A DNA stretch of 64,000 bases, taken from the NCBI GenBank assembly GCA_043823065.1, contig JBDRBB010000010.1, positions 1 to 64,000 on the forward strand, written 5' to 3'. Origin of the DNA: Pseudomonadota bacterium (GTDB taxonomy: Bacteria > UBA10199 > 2-02-FULL-44-16 > DYJF01). Each line of letters begins with the position of its first letter. Positions within the stretch are counted from its first letter, which is position 1. The position numbers and the translations under genes are program-made. Below are positions 50,800-59,811 of this stretch, piece by piece. The notes beneath the pieces were generated by a model. The model worked only from the letters and a program-made list of their open reading frames with translations, ran no database searches and had not been told where the DNA came from.

Positions 50800-51345
50800 A
50801 TGGGTATTAATGCAATTAATCCAAATGCTATTGCGCAAGAAGTAAAAGCCAATAGTGCTAAAAGTCATCCTAAAGGCTTTAATGCTTTTTTAGGCGCTGC
50901 CAGCGCTTCCAAAGGTGTAGGAGATATTACTGGTGGTGTAACTGCTATGTCTGATGCTACTATGCTTGGTGTTCAGCAAGCTGGTGTAGGTAACAATGCG
51001 CAAGCTGTTTTAGCTGCTGCTTTTTCTGGAACCTCTGCTGCAGGTCAAGTTTATGGCGGTTCTCCTTATATGACTGCGGGTATGGGTAGCTCAGCCATGA
51101 TGAGTCCAAGTATTGCCAAATATTCCAGTGGTGTAGTGGGCGCTGGTACAAGTTCTGTAGTGGCTGGTACTGATTTTAGCCAAGCAGAAATGATCAACAC
51201 CATGAATCAAAACAACTTACAATTATTAGAACTGCAAGCTACAATGCAATCAAATATGCAGGCCTGGAACACCAAATCCAATATTTTATCTGCTGATCAT
51301 CGCGCCCGCATGGCCATGATTGAAAAGTTTACAGCTAGAGGATAA
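50800..51345 (+). CDS. Ala/Gly/Ser/Met-rich protein with T3SS needle/rod-like C-terminal helix
   Basis: SD GGAGG before ATG 50800; C-term LQLLELQATMQ...KSNILSADHRARMAMIEKF. Confidence 0.7.
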   Translation: MGINAINPNAIAQEVKANSAKSHPKGFNAFLGAASASKGVGDITGGVTAMSDATMLGVQQAGVGNNAQAVLAAAFSGTSAAGQVYGGSPYMTAGMGSSAMMSPSIAKYSSGVVGAGTSSVVAGTDFSQAEMINTMNQNNLQLLELQATMQSNMQAWNTKSNILSADHRARMAMIEKFTARG

Positions 51346-51364
51346 TTGAGATAATCATTAAACT

Positions 51365-51395
51365 AAAACCCCGTAAGCAATTACGGGGTTTTTTT
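51365..51395 (+). terminator. Intrinsic terminator
   Basis: aaaaccccgtaa-gcaa-ttacgggg followed by T7. Confidence 0.85.
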
Positions 51396-51438
51396 GTATG
51401 GGAATTACTTAGTGCTTTGCTTTCGCCCGCAATGACAT

Positions 51439-52482
51439 CTATTCTTCTACAATAATTCCATTAACCACTGAAATTGCATCTAGGTCGTAACCAGCGGAGG
51501 TGCCTCCCAGGCTGGCGCCATAAAGATCGCGAATTCTAATGTAACGCGCTTGGTCTAGACCAATATCTGCTAAATCAAATTGATCACCACCTGCTTCAGC
51601 TGGATCAAATGGATCAAGATCGTTTGTTTCATTGGCATAAACCACGTTCCAACCTGCGCACCCAGTAAATGGATATTCAGCATCCAGACACTCAAATTCC
51701 ACAAAGGTTTCACCATCTGTACTTACACCTACTACACCCAACTCTGCATAAGGGTCAGTTGGATCGCCGCCAATTAAAAATGGGTTCTCAAACACAATTA
51801 AATCAACACCTGGGCCATCTGTTAAATAGCAATCTCCTAAATCCAAAACTATTTCTCCAAATTGTCCTAAACTTAAAACATCCATAGTGCCCATAGGAGG
51901 ACCAAGCACAACATCTGGAAATTCATCTCCGCCAAAACCTGCTCCATCTCCAGGATCAAAGGAAAAAACATCTACAGCATGGGTTTGGCAGGCAGTTGGT
52001 TCATCGTCGCTTCCATCATTATCAATATCCTCATCCAATCCTTCTTCTTCATCATTTTCATCAACAATATTTTCTTCCTCTACTACTTCGTCCAGGGTAT
52101 AAATTTTTAGATCTCTGCTATATTCTTTTGCTCCAACTTGCGCCTTGATTGTAATTTTTCCTGCAGCTAAAGCCACTAGGCGCGCATTATCTGTTAACAA
52201 AGCTATTTGCCGATCAGAAATTGACCAATAAATAATATCTTTTTCTCCTTGCTCATCTGCATATACAGTTGTGTATTGTTCTTTGATCTGTCCTGAAGAA
52301 TCAACCAGCCCCAAAAACACCTGCACTGCCTGACCAACTCTCACCGGTTCTTTCGAGATCAAAACTTTTAATTCACTGCCCATGGTTAAAAAAGACAAAA
52401 CCTGTGGCGCATCAAGTTTCGGATTCCCACACCCAGTAATCATAAATATCACAACTATTATTATAATCTTTGTCATATCCAC
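51439..52482 (-). CDS. Surface lipoprotein (Ig-like domain, acidic linker, putative B12-binding domain)
   Basis: Lipobox ITGC; VLSLGQFG, DLIVFENPF, GYDLDAI; third gene of btu operon. Confidence 0.7.
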   Translation of the reverse strand: MDMTKIIIIVVIFMITGCGNPKLDAPQVLSFLTMGSELKVLISKEPVRVGQAVQVFLGLVDSSGQIKEQYTTVYADEQGEKDIIYWSISDRQIALLTDNARLVALAAGKITIKAQVGAKEYSRDLKIYTLDEVVEEENIVDENDEEEGLDEDIDNDGSDDEPTACQTHAVDVFSFDPGDGAGFGGDEFPDVVLGPPMGTMDVLSLGQFGEIVLDLGDCYLTDGPGVDLIVFENPFLIGGDPTDPYAELGVVGVSTDGETFVEFECLDAEYPFTGCAGWNVVYANETNDLDPFDPAEAGGDQFDLADIGLDQARYIRIRDLYGASLGGTSAGYDLDAISVVNGIIVEE

Positions 52483-52493
52483 CCCTTTATTTA

Positions 52494-52647
52494 TGATAAG
52501 TCACTTAGGTGAGTATCGCTTCGCTAAATCCAAAATTTCTTCACGCGCCAGAAATTTTGGAAGCGTTCTTCGTTCGCCATGGCATATAGGCTGCTGTGAT
52601 GGCTCACTCGCACGCCGCGAATCAATACTCACCTAAGTGACTTATCA
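52494..52647 (-). repeat. Structured intergenic element family B, copy 3
   Basis: 23-bp closing stem tgataagtcacttaggtgagtat/atactcacctaagtgacttatca around shared core. Confidence 0.9.
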
Positions 52648-52658
52648 AAATTAAATAT

Positions 52659-52816
52659 TACTGATTGCGCAGAGGCCACCAGGTTTTGGGGCATCTCGCT
52701 GGCGAGCGTATCTATGCTTATGATACCACGCTCGCCAAGAGACTTAAGGCAAGTTTTTGGGCGTAACCAAAAACGCAGCCGTACCCAAAACCTGGTGGCC
52801 TCGAGAGCAATCAGTA
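52659..52816 (+). repeat. Multi-branched hairpin element
   Basis: tactgattgc/gcaatcagta, gaggccaccaggttttggg/cccaaaacctggtggcctc, two inner hairpins. Confidence 0.75.
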
Positions 52817-52820
52817 TAAA

Positions 52821-54023
52821 TCACTCTATATCTACAAAAGTAATAGAAGCTGGTGAAGCGCCGACTGGAATTGGCCCAGCTTTTAGCGAACCATCACTGC
52901 TATCTAAAACTACAATTCCAGGATCTGTTTGTGAACGCTCTGTCACCAACAAATCTCCATTTTCCGCTATAGTAAAATCTGGTAAATAAGTACCTTCAGT
53001 TGTATATAAACTATTGTTAAGCACTTCATAGGTTGTTGGATTAAAAGAAGCTAGATACAAACCATCCACAATTACAAAACCTAAACTTGCTGAAGCAAGT
53101 CTAATCTCAGTTGGATAACCACCCAAATCTAAATCATCAATGGCAATTCCTAGAGTTGCTAGAGTTTGCGGATCAATAACTTCGATTCCGCCAAATTCAT
53201 CTGTAATATCTGTATCAAAATTATCATATACACCAGCGTTGGTTATATAAACTAGTCCAGTTAAAGGAGAATAAGTGATGTCTGCTGGATTGCGTCCTGC
53301 AAGTTCTACAACTGCGACAACTTCATCTGTTTGAGTATCTATTACTACAACCTTACCATTAGCATTTGCTCCTTGCAGTAGATCTTGCGGTAAATCAGTT
53401 AGACAGACAAAAAGATTATTGCCCACCGCAACCATCTGGGTAGTACGTGCCAGACCATCTCCAGCAGCTGAAGTATAAGCAGTCAAATCAATAGAACCAA
53501 ATTGTTCGCCAGTTAGAGGATCAACAATTAATAGATCATCATTATTATCTGCATCAGATTCTGCGTTAAATCTAGAAACATAAGCCTTGGTATCTGAAAC
53601 CACCCAAATGTCATGGGGATTAGATGCGCTGCCTACTGAAAAATTTGCTATAACATTATAAGTTACGGGATCTACAACTTGAATTGTATCTGCGCCAAAA
53701 CGATTGATTACAAAGATAAAATTCAAAAAACTTTTAATAACCAGATCTGAACTGTCTGTGGTGGCCCTGGCTAAAGTTGCTACATAGTTTTGCAAAAGAT
53801 TGAGGGACGCCAAAGAACCAATTGGGTCAATCCAATTTGCTGCTGCCACCACTGCCATATTTCCCAAAGCAATGGCCACGTCTGCAGGATGGGTCCTGGT
53901 TGTGCTACTTGCTTGCACATTATTCTGGTCAGGATCTGCATTCGTAGTATTAGTTGCATCTTGCACCTTGCCGCAGGAGCAAAGCAAAACCACCATCACC
54001 ATAAAAACAATATTTTTTTTCAT
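52821..54023 (-). CDS. YncE/BtuG-like beta-propeller lipoprotein
   Basis: Lipobox LCSC; repeated VVDP, NPHDI/NPADI blades; downstream of btuB. Confidence 0.72.
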   Translation of the reverse strand: MKKNIVFMVMVVLLCSCGKVQDATNTTNADPDQNNVQASSTTRTHPADVAIALGNMAVVAAANWIDPIGSLASLNLLQNYVATLARATTDSSDLVIKSFLNFIFVINRFGADTIQVVDPVTYNVIANFSVGSASNPHDIWVVSDTKAYVSRFNAESDADNNDDLLIVDPLTGEQFGSIDLTAYTSAAGDGLARTTQMVAVGNNLFVCLTDLPQDLLQGANANGKVVVIDTQTDEVVAVVELAGRNPADITYSPLTGLVYITNAGVYDNFDTDITDEFGGIEVIDPQTLATLGIAIDDLDLGGYPTEIRLASASLGFVIVDGLYLASFNPTTYEVLNNSLYTTEGTYLPDFTIAENGDLLVTERSQTDPGIVVLDSSDGSLKAGPIPVGASPASITFVDIE

Positions 54024-54053
54024 ATATATCTCCTTTGTCTATAAAGCCTAATA

Positions 54054-54167
54054 ATGAATTGATACCTCTCGGCCGACTTTTTTCACCTCCCTCAGACTTT
54101 ACGAAACTATTAGCAGCTTAGGAGTTGTCGGTCCGGTTCAAAAAGCCGCCCTACGGCATCAATTCAT
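54054..54167 (-). repeat. Structured intergenic element family A, copy 3
   Basis: Stem atgaattgatacc/ggcatcaattcat; shared core. Confidence 0.85.
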
Positions 54168-54185
54168 CACGTGCTCTAAAAACAG

Positions 54186-56195
54186 TTAAATTTTTATAGC
54201 TATACTTCCCCAGTACGATCTACCTGGTAAGGGATAACCAATTAAATCTGAAATTCGGTCATTTAAAATATTTTGTACTGTAAATCTGGCGCTTATTTTA
54301 TCAATAAAAGTTAGGCCAAAGCCTGCACCTAAAATTACCCGGTTTGTTACTTGCAATAAATTTTGCAGATCCAGATAATTGCCACTCATGTAGCGCAAAT
54401 CTGTATATAGATTTGAAGTCAGCCAAGATTGCCAATTTTCATCCCAACTGATCAAAGCGTAAAACTCGTGCTGGGGCCTACCAGGTAAATATTTTCCTCT
54501 AGTGTCAGGATTATTGGAGGTATCTTTGGCTTGTTGATAGGTATAGCTGGTAGTTAAGCGCAGTCTTTTTAAAAAATTAGCTGTAGCCATAAATTCTCCG
54601 CCCTGAATTAAAGCTTGATTCATGTTCATGGCTTGAGCTGTAAACGTTGATGTTTGAACAAATTGAATTAGGCGGTTTACATCATGGCGAAAATAAGTTG
54701 CCCCAACATGGGCTTTTTCAAGCCAGGAAAAAACTGGCAAATCATAGGAAAGACCTAAATCAAAATTAAAAGCCTTTTCTGGTAAAAGATTTGGATTGCC
54801 TTGAAGCGCACCGCGATCACCAAAAAGTTCGGTAAACGTTGGATTGCGAAAACCACGATAAACATTACCCTGAAAATAAAATTCATCTATTAAACGCGCT
54901 AACACGCCAAGTTTTGCTGAAAATTGGTGATCGCTTTTTATAGCTAAATTTCCTTTATTATAAAGATTTTCTAAACGAATTGAAGGTACTAACCTCAAAC
55001 GATCGCTGAAAAGAATAATTTCATCTTCTAAGCCAGCGCTTATGGTTTGCCTGCTGCTATTTGTTCCATTTTGAGGAGGTCCCAAGCTATTAAAGGGCCG
55101 ATAATATTCTGAACGCTGGGCTATAAATAATTTAAAACTTTGATGATTACCTACTTGCAAACTTAAACGTGCGCTTGCCCCAAAACGATAAGTTTTATCA
55201 TCTGTATTTTGAGGACTTAAACTAATTTCAGCTAAAGGATCATTAAACTGACTATTTAGATAATCAAAAAATAAATCTAAATGACCTTCAAGATTTTCCA
55301 AGCCTAAATTTTTCTTTTTCAAATTTAAGCAAACTAGATCGCGCCAAGTATCTAACCTGGCATTTAAAGACTTGCGCGTACCCAAGCCTGGCACTCCTTC
55401 ATCTTTCTGAAAAAAGATATTGGTTAAGGAGAGAGTTGATTGCGCCGGCAGATCAAAAACAAATTTAGAAAATAAACTGTTGGAAGCAAAATCATTATTT
55501 TGTCTGCGAACTATTTGATCATCAGCTTGATTAAATCTGGTGCCATTATCATCTTTATAGGTAAAATCTCCTTTGCTACGTGCATGCTCAAAAGCCAAGA
55601 TTGGCGCAAATTTTTTAAAGGGCTGAGCAAAATGCATTTTTGCCTTAACTGTTTCAAACGAACCAAGTTGCAGTTCAGCTGCTGCATCTTTTTTTTCTGG
55701 CATGGCCTTACTTCTAAGCAAAACCACTCCCCCCACGCTAGATTCAGGCAAAATTCCAGGGCTGCCACCACGATAAACTTCAACTTTTTGAACTGCAGAC
55801 ATAGGAATGATGCTTAAGTCGGTGAGCAGGCCTTGAGCAGTGAGCAAGGGAATTTCATCTAGATAGATCTGAACTTGACCTGCTGAAGAGCCTCTTAGGG
55901 AAAGAGCTGAAAAATCATCCAACCCGCTATAGCGTTTTACAGTGACTCCAGCAGATTGTTCTAACAGTTGAGGAATGGTTTGGGCTTGTTTATTATCTTC
56001 AGGAATTAAAACTGTGCTAGCAGAAGTTTGATCTAAGGTTGGTTTATCTTTTTTTTCTTTAGGAGCTTCAACAACTACTTCGCCTAAATCTATGCCATCA
56101 TCTGCTTTTAAATAGCCAGGAATAGCCAAAAAAAATATTACACCTAATAAAAAACCCTTTCTCACAACGAAAAAGGGTTTACTTTTGAGCAACAC
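54186..56195 (-). CDS. btuB: TonB-dependent receptor, cobalamin (BtuB-like)
   Basis: TonB box EVVVEA, plug (SLRGS, VEVYRG), GNPNLLPEK, YPLPGRS; downstream of B12 riboswitch. Confidence 0.85.
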   Translation of the reverse strand: MLLKSKPFFVVRKGFLLGVIFFLAIPGYLKADDGIDLGEVVVEAPKEKKDKPTLDQTSASTVLIPEDNKQAQTIPQLLEQSAGVTVKRYSGLDDFSALSLRGSSAGQVQIYLDEIPLLTAQGLLTDLSIIPMSAVQKVEVYRGGSPGILPESSVGGVVLLRSKAMPEKKDAAAELQLGSFETVKAKMHFAQPFKKFAPILAFEHARSKGDFTYKDDNGTRFNQADDQIVRRQNNDFASNSLFSKFVFDLPAQSTLSLTNIFFQKDEGVPGLGTRKSLNARLDTWRDLVCLNLKKKNLGLENLEGHLDLFFDYLNSQFNDPLAEISLSPQNTDDKTYRFGASARLSLQVGNHQSFKLFIAQRSEYYRPFNSLGPPQNGTNSSRQTISAGLEDEIILFSDRLRLVPSIRLENLYNKGNLAIKSDHQFSAKLGVLARLIDEFYFQGNVYRGFRNPTFTELFGDRGALQGNPNLLPEKAFNFDLGLSYDLPVFSWLEKAHVGATYFRHDVNRLIQFVQTSTFTAQAMNMNQALIQGGEFMATANFLKRLRLTTSYTYQQAKDTSNNPDTRGKYLPGRPQHEFYALISWDENWQSWLTSNLYTDLRYMSGNYLDLQNLLQVTNRVILGAGFGLTFIDKISARFTVQNILNDRISDLIGYPLPGRSYWGSIAIKI

Positions 56196-56235
56196 TGGCT
56201 CCTCCTCTTTCCGCGAAGAGATGACTTAACATCTA

Positions 56236-56400
56236 TCTGTGTAAGGTTTCCTGACTCTGAAAGACTTGCTTCAAGCATCCCCTTGCCTTCCCATTCAAAA
56301 AAGAACAGTGACTAAAACGGGAACGCTTTTCTTTCATTACAGTGGCGGGACCGTGCAGGACTTTCACCTGCTTCCCTTAAACACCGATTAAATTAAACTT
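56236..56400 (-). ncRNA. Cobalamin riboswitch
   Basis: Minus strand: AAGGGAAGCAGGTGAAAGTCCTGCACGGTCCCGCCACTGTAA...GTCACTG...TGGGAAGG...AGTCAGGAAACCT. Confidence 0.93.
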
Positions 56401-56441
56401 TAAGGCTAACTAGCAACTTGTAGCCAAATTTGTCAAAACCT

Positions 56442-56924
56442 TTATTTTTTCTTTTTAGACTTAGCTGCGTTTTTAGGACTAATCTCGCGCAGCTTATTTC
56501 TCAAACCATAATCAAATGGACGTAACAAAGGAATATCTAACATAAATGTTTCTTGAACAATTTTATCCTCATGATATTCAGCTTTAATTTCCTGAGCCCA
56601 TTCAAAACAACCCAAAATTTCACTAATACAGTAATCAAAATATTGGCGATCTGCCTCAGTTACATTTGGCAGTTTAGTACAGCGATTAGCCAACATCTTG
56701 GCCAAAGCAATACAAAACCTTGATTCTTCTTCTGGAGGCAGGTGAATGAAATGATGCAAGAGAATGCGTTGCATAATAATTCTAATATCTCTAAGAGCGA
56801 TGCCCAGAGCTTCAATGGGTTTATCTAGCTGTCTTTCCAGCAAATAGAACTCAAACATTTCCATTAAATTTTTAACTTCACCATTAACTGCTGTTTGTTT
56901 TTCTGTTTTCTTTTTTTTCTTCAT
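56442..56924 (-). CDS. Hypothetical protein
   Basis: 160-aa ORF with lysine-rich ends. Confidence 0.65.
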   Translation of the reverse strand: MKKKKKTEKQTAVNGEVKNLMEMFEFYLLERQLDKPIEALGIALRDIRIIMQRILLHHFIHLPPEEESRFCIALAKMLANRCTKLPNVTEADRQYFDYCISEILGCFEWAQEIKAEYHEDKIVQETFMLDIPLLRPFDYGLRNKLREISPKNAAKSKKKK

Positions 56925-57041
56925 ATTAATTATTCATAACATATGAGCATAGAATCGCAAGCATCTGATAAAGGCTTAAGGCCTGGCACCCCTTTTAGAG
57001 GTACCAAGCCTTGACCTTTTAACAGGAACAAACCAAGTCCG

Positions 57042-57365
57042 CTAGTTGGTTTTTCCTGCGCCGCTAGGTTCAATTTTTGTTCCACCCACTGACACAAATG
57101 GTTGGAGTTTGGCATATAATTTATCTCCAATACCTTTGATTTCTTTTAATTCCTCAGTGGTTTTAAATGGTGAGTTGCTGCGATAATCTATAATTGCCTG
57201 AGCCTTTGCCTGACCAATTCCTGGTAGCTGCATTAATTCACTGACACTTGCTGTATTAATGTTAACTGTTCCGGTAAAAGCTGCTTTTGCTTTGGCTTGC
57301 GCCAAACTTCCTGCCATAAACATTACTGCTACTAACGCCCATACTATCATTGTCTTGGTTTTCAT
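57042..57365 (-). CDS. comEA: ComEA helix-hairpin-helix DNA-binding protein
   Basis: Signal peptide; VNINTAS..L..LPGIG..KA.AII, IKGIG; start trimmed to MKTKT (SD GGAGG). Confidence 0.88.
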   Translation of the reverse strand: MKTKTMIVWALVAVMFMAGSLAQAKAKAAFTGTVNINTASVSELMQLPGIGQAKAQAIIDYRSNSPFKTTEELKEIKGIGDKLYAKLQPFVSVGGTKIEPSGAGKTN

Positions 57366-57366
57366 C

Positions 57367-57558
57367 TTAAGCCTCCTTTTCGTTTGTTGGTGATTTTTTT
57401 CGATCACGAATTTGTAATTTACCATCAAGAGGCAAAGCATCTAGATAGACATTAAGCGAACCATCTTTATTGACAAAAGCCATGCCTATTCTGGTCCAGT
57501 GCGATTTGCCGTCTTTGCCTTCAGAAATCTGAAAGGCGTCTTTGGGAATGCTACTCAT
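57367..57558 (-). CDS. Small conserved-looking beta protein (WTRIGxAF...[11 protein letters not shown])
   Basis: SD AAGGAGG; motif reminiscent of DUF736/PC4-like small proteins. Confidence 0.75.
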   Translation of the reverse strand: MSSIPKDAFQISEGKDGKSHWTRIGMAFVNKDGSLNVYLDALPLDGKLQIRDRKKSPTNEKEA

Positions 57559-57607
57559 TTTTTCCTCCTTAAATTTGGCGATCGATCGCTAAAGCACTTC
57601 TGTTATT

Positions 57608-57624
57608 AGCAATAGTTATGCCAA
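57608..57624 (-). promoter_or_regulatory. Sigma54 promoter (-24/-12)
   Basis: Minus strand TTGGCATAACTATTGCT matches TGGCAC-N5-TTGC with correct spacing. Confidence 0.75.
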
Positions 57625-57713
57625 TTTATGATGCGCGAAATTATTGAGATTTTTTTGGATAAAAAAATTAGACCTGTAGCATTTTCGAACAAGGCTGCAG
57701 CAAAACGCTACAC

Positions 57714-58685
57714 TTAGTCTGTTCGTTGCACTGCATAATCAGCTAGATTGGCTAAAGTCTCCCGCACAATTGAAGGCTTAAAGATTAAAAGTTCTTGTTT
57801 GGCTTGCTTGATATATTCTTGGGCAATTTTTTCAGTCTCTCCAATGCCTTGGTATTTATCTATTATAGTAACAATCTCGTGAAATTCCATATTAGAAATT
57901 TTACCGCAAATCACAGCTTCTTTAATCTTTTTTTGTTCTGAACTATTGCAATGCTTTAGGGTTAAAATAATGGGCATGGTCAGTTTGCCTTCGCGCAAAT
58001 CTGTACCAGTCTTTTTCCCCAAAATTTTTTCTTCTGAAGTGTAATCTAAAATATCATCTTGAAGTTGATAAGCCAGGCCTAAATTAAAAGCAAAGTTGCT
58101 TAAAGCCTTAGTAAATTTATCTGAAAGTTTTCTGATAATTGCTGCACCTTGGCCACAAACACCCATTAAAGCCGCAGTTTTACCAGCAATAATTTTCTGA
58201 TATTCTTGCTCAGTAATAGTTAAATCATTTAATCTAGTTAGTTCTAAAACTTGGCCTTCGGAAATCTCAGTTACTGCTTTAACCACAATGTTCCAAAAAT
58301 CCTTAGAACCATGTTCCACAAAAAATTTAGAAGCCTTGCACCACAAAAAATCACCTAATAGCACACTCAGCTGATTTCCCCATTTTGCCCTAACCGCAGT
58401 TTTTCCTCTTCTTAAATCTGCATTATCAATCACATCATCGTGCAGCAAACTTGCAGTATGTACTAGTTCAATGCCTGTGGCTAATTTGATTATATCAGTT
58501 TCCACAGAACCAGATAATTTAGCTGCCAAAATGAACAAGGCTGGCCTAAATCTTTTCCCTATATCTTTTGTAACATACTCAGCTGCTTCAGTAAGCAAGC
58601 CCACTTCAGATTGCAATTCTTTGGCAATGGTTTCTTCAACTAAAGCCAATTCTTGATGCACTGGAATCAATAGTTTATTTAACAT
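57714..58685 (-). CDS. Polyprenyl diphosphate synthase
   Basis: GKRFRP, LLHDDVID...RRG, KTA, QLQDDILD; start trimmed to MLNKL. Confidence 0.92.
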   Translation of the reverse strand: MLNKLLIPVHQELALVEETIAKELQSEVGLLTEAAEYVTKDIGKRFRPALFILAAKLSGSVETDIIKLATGIELVHTASLLHDDVIDNADLRRGKTAVRAKWGNQLSVLLGDFLWCKASKFFVEHGSKDFWNIVVKAVTEISEGQVLELTRLNDLTITEQEYQKIIAGKTAALMGVCGQGAAIIRKLSDKFTKALSNFAFNLGLAYQLQDDILDYTSEEKILGKKTGTDLREGKLTMPIILTLKHCNSSEQKKIKEAVICGKISNMEFHEIVTIIDKYQGIGETEKIAQEYIKQAKQELLIFKPSIVRETLANLADYAVQRTD

Positions 58686-58724
58686 AAGTCTCCCAAATGA
58701 GCATTTCTTCACTAATGCTAACTA

Positions 58725-58929
58725 AAATGTTTGAAGGTCCTTAAGGATTAATAGTCCTCAAGCCCAGACAGCTGATGCTCAAATTTGCCGGAGATTTCGT
58801 CCAGCATTTGGAAGCCCATCCACGAGGCGGCTTTATATCCGTATCCAATTTCCTACCGGGGATAAGTGCGCAAATATGGCACTCAGCTGTCTGTTTTTCG
58901 GACAATCCCTTAAGGACCTTCAAACATTT
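58725..58929. repeat. Long intergenic hairpin
   Basis: aaatgtttgaaggtccttaagg/ccttaaggaccttcaaacattt and cagacagctga/tcagctgtctg arms. Confidence 0.75.
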
Positions 58930-59020
58930 GATGTAATTAAATGTACTGATTGCTCTCGAGGTTAGTTATCCCTGATCTTGGGTTCTTGTCAATTTAGATT
59001 GCCTATGTTAGCTAAGTCAT

Positions 59021-59749
59021 ATGAGAGGTTGCATTGTCGTACATGGTTTAACTGGCACTCCAGCTTGTGTGAAAGTTGTTTCAGACAAATTAGAGCAGGC
59101 TGGTTTTCAAGTAAAAGCACCTTGCCTGGCTGGGCATGGCAAAACTGTGGCTGATTTGGCCCAAGTTTCCTGGGAGGATTGGTATTCAACTGTAAAACAA
59201 TCCTATTTTGATCTAAAAAACACTTGTGAGCAAATTTTTTATGCTGGTATTTCCTTAGGTGCCTTGTTGGGTCTAAAGCTGGCTCTTGACCGCGGTTCAG
59301 AAATAAAGGCGCTGGCCTTAATGGGCACTCCCATACAATTAGCTCGTTTAGAGGGCCTGCTCGTGCCTGCAGTTAGATACACTCCTTTGCATTATTTAAT
59401 TAAATCTGTAAAAAAAGATTACCTGCGAAGTGTGGCTGATCCCCAAGGCCGTAAATTTTATCAGGAAAACAGCTTGCCGCGAATTCCAGCAGCAGCTGTG
59501 TTCACTTTGTGCGATTTGCAGGAAGTTATCTTGAAAGATCTTAAGAAAATCCATAATCCTATTTTACTGGTTCACGGAGCGCTAGATACTGTAGCTCCTT
59601 TAGGTAACCTTGAGCTTGTTAAGCAACATATTGCTTCAACTAACCTGCAAACTCTGATCTTAGATCGATCAAAACATGTGGTTACCTTAGATTATCAAAA
59701 AGATCTAGTGGCCCAAGAAATTACAAAGTTTTTTGAAAAAAATGCTTAG
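59021..59749 (+). CDS. Alpha/beta hydrolase (carboxylesterase/lipase)
   Basis: VHGLTG, GISLG nucleophile elbow, HGALD, SKH. Confidence 0.88.
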   Translation: MRGCIVVHGLTGTPACVKVVSDKLEQAGFQVKAPCLAGHGKTVADLAQVSWEDWYSTVKQSYFDLKNTCEQIFYAGISLGALLGLKLALDRGSEIKALALMGTPIQLARLEGLLVPAVRYTPLHYLIKSVKKDYLRSVADPQGRKFYQENSLPRIPAAAVFTLCDLQEVILKDLKKIHNPILLVHGALDTVAPLGNLELVKQHIASTNLQTLILDRSKHVVTLDYQKDLVAQEITKFFEKNA

Positions 59750-59811
59750 TGCTTGCAGTTTCTAATTTTCTTCGCTATGCACCAGATATCTTAAATATTA
59801 GGAGGTAAGAT

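Noticed and set aside
52714..52989. Short ORFs over hairpin elements (52714..52989, 58741..58923, 10257..10475)
   Set aside because: They arise from GC-rich palindromes; no coding evidence
56412..56440. TAGCAACTT resembling the sigma28-like -35
   Set aside because: No CGATAA at 14-16 nt and no downstream plus-strand gene
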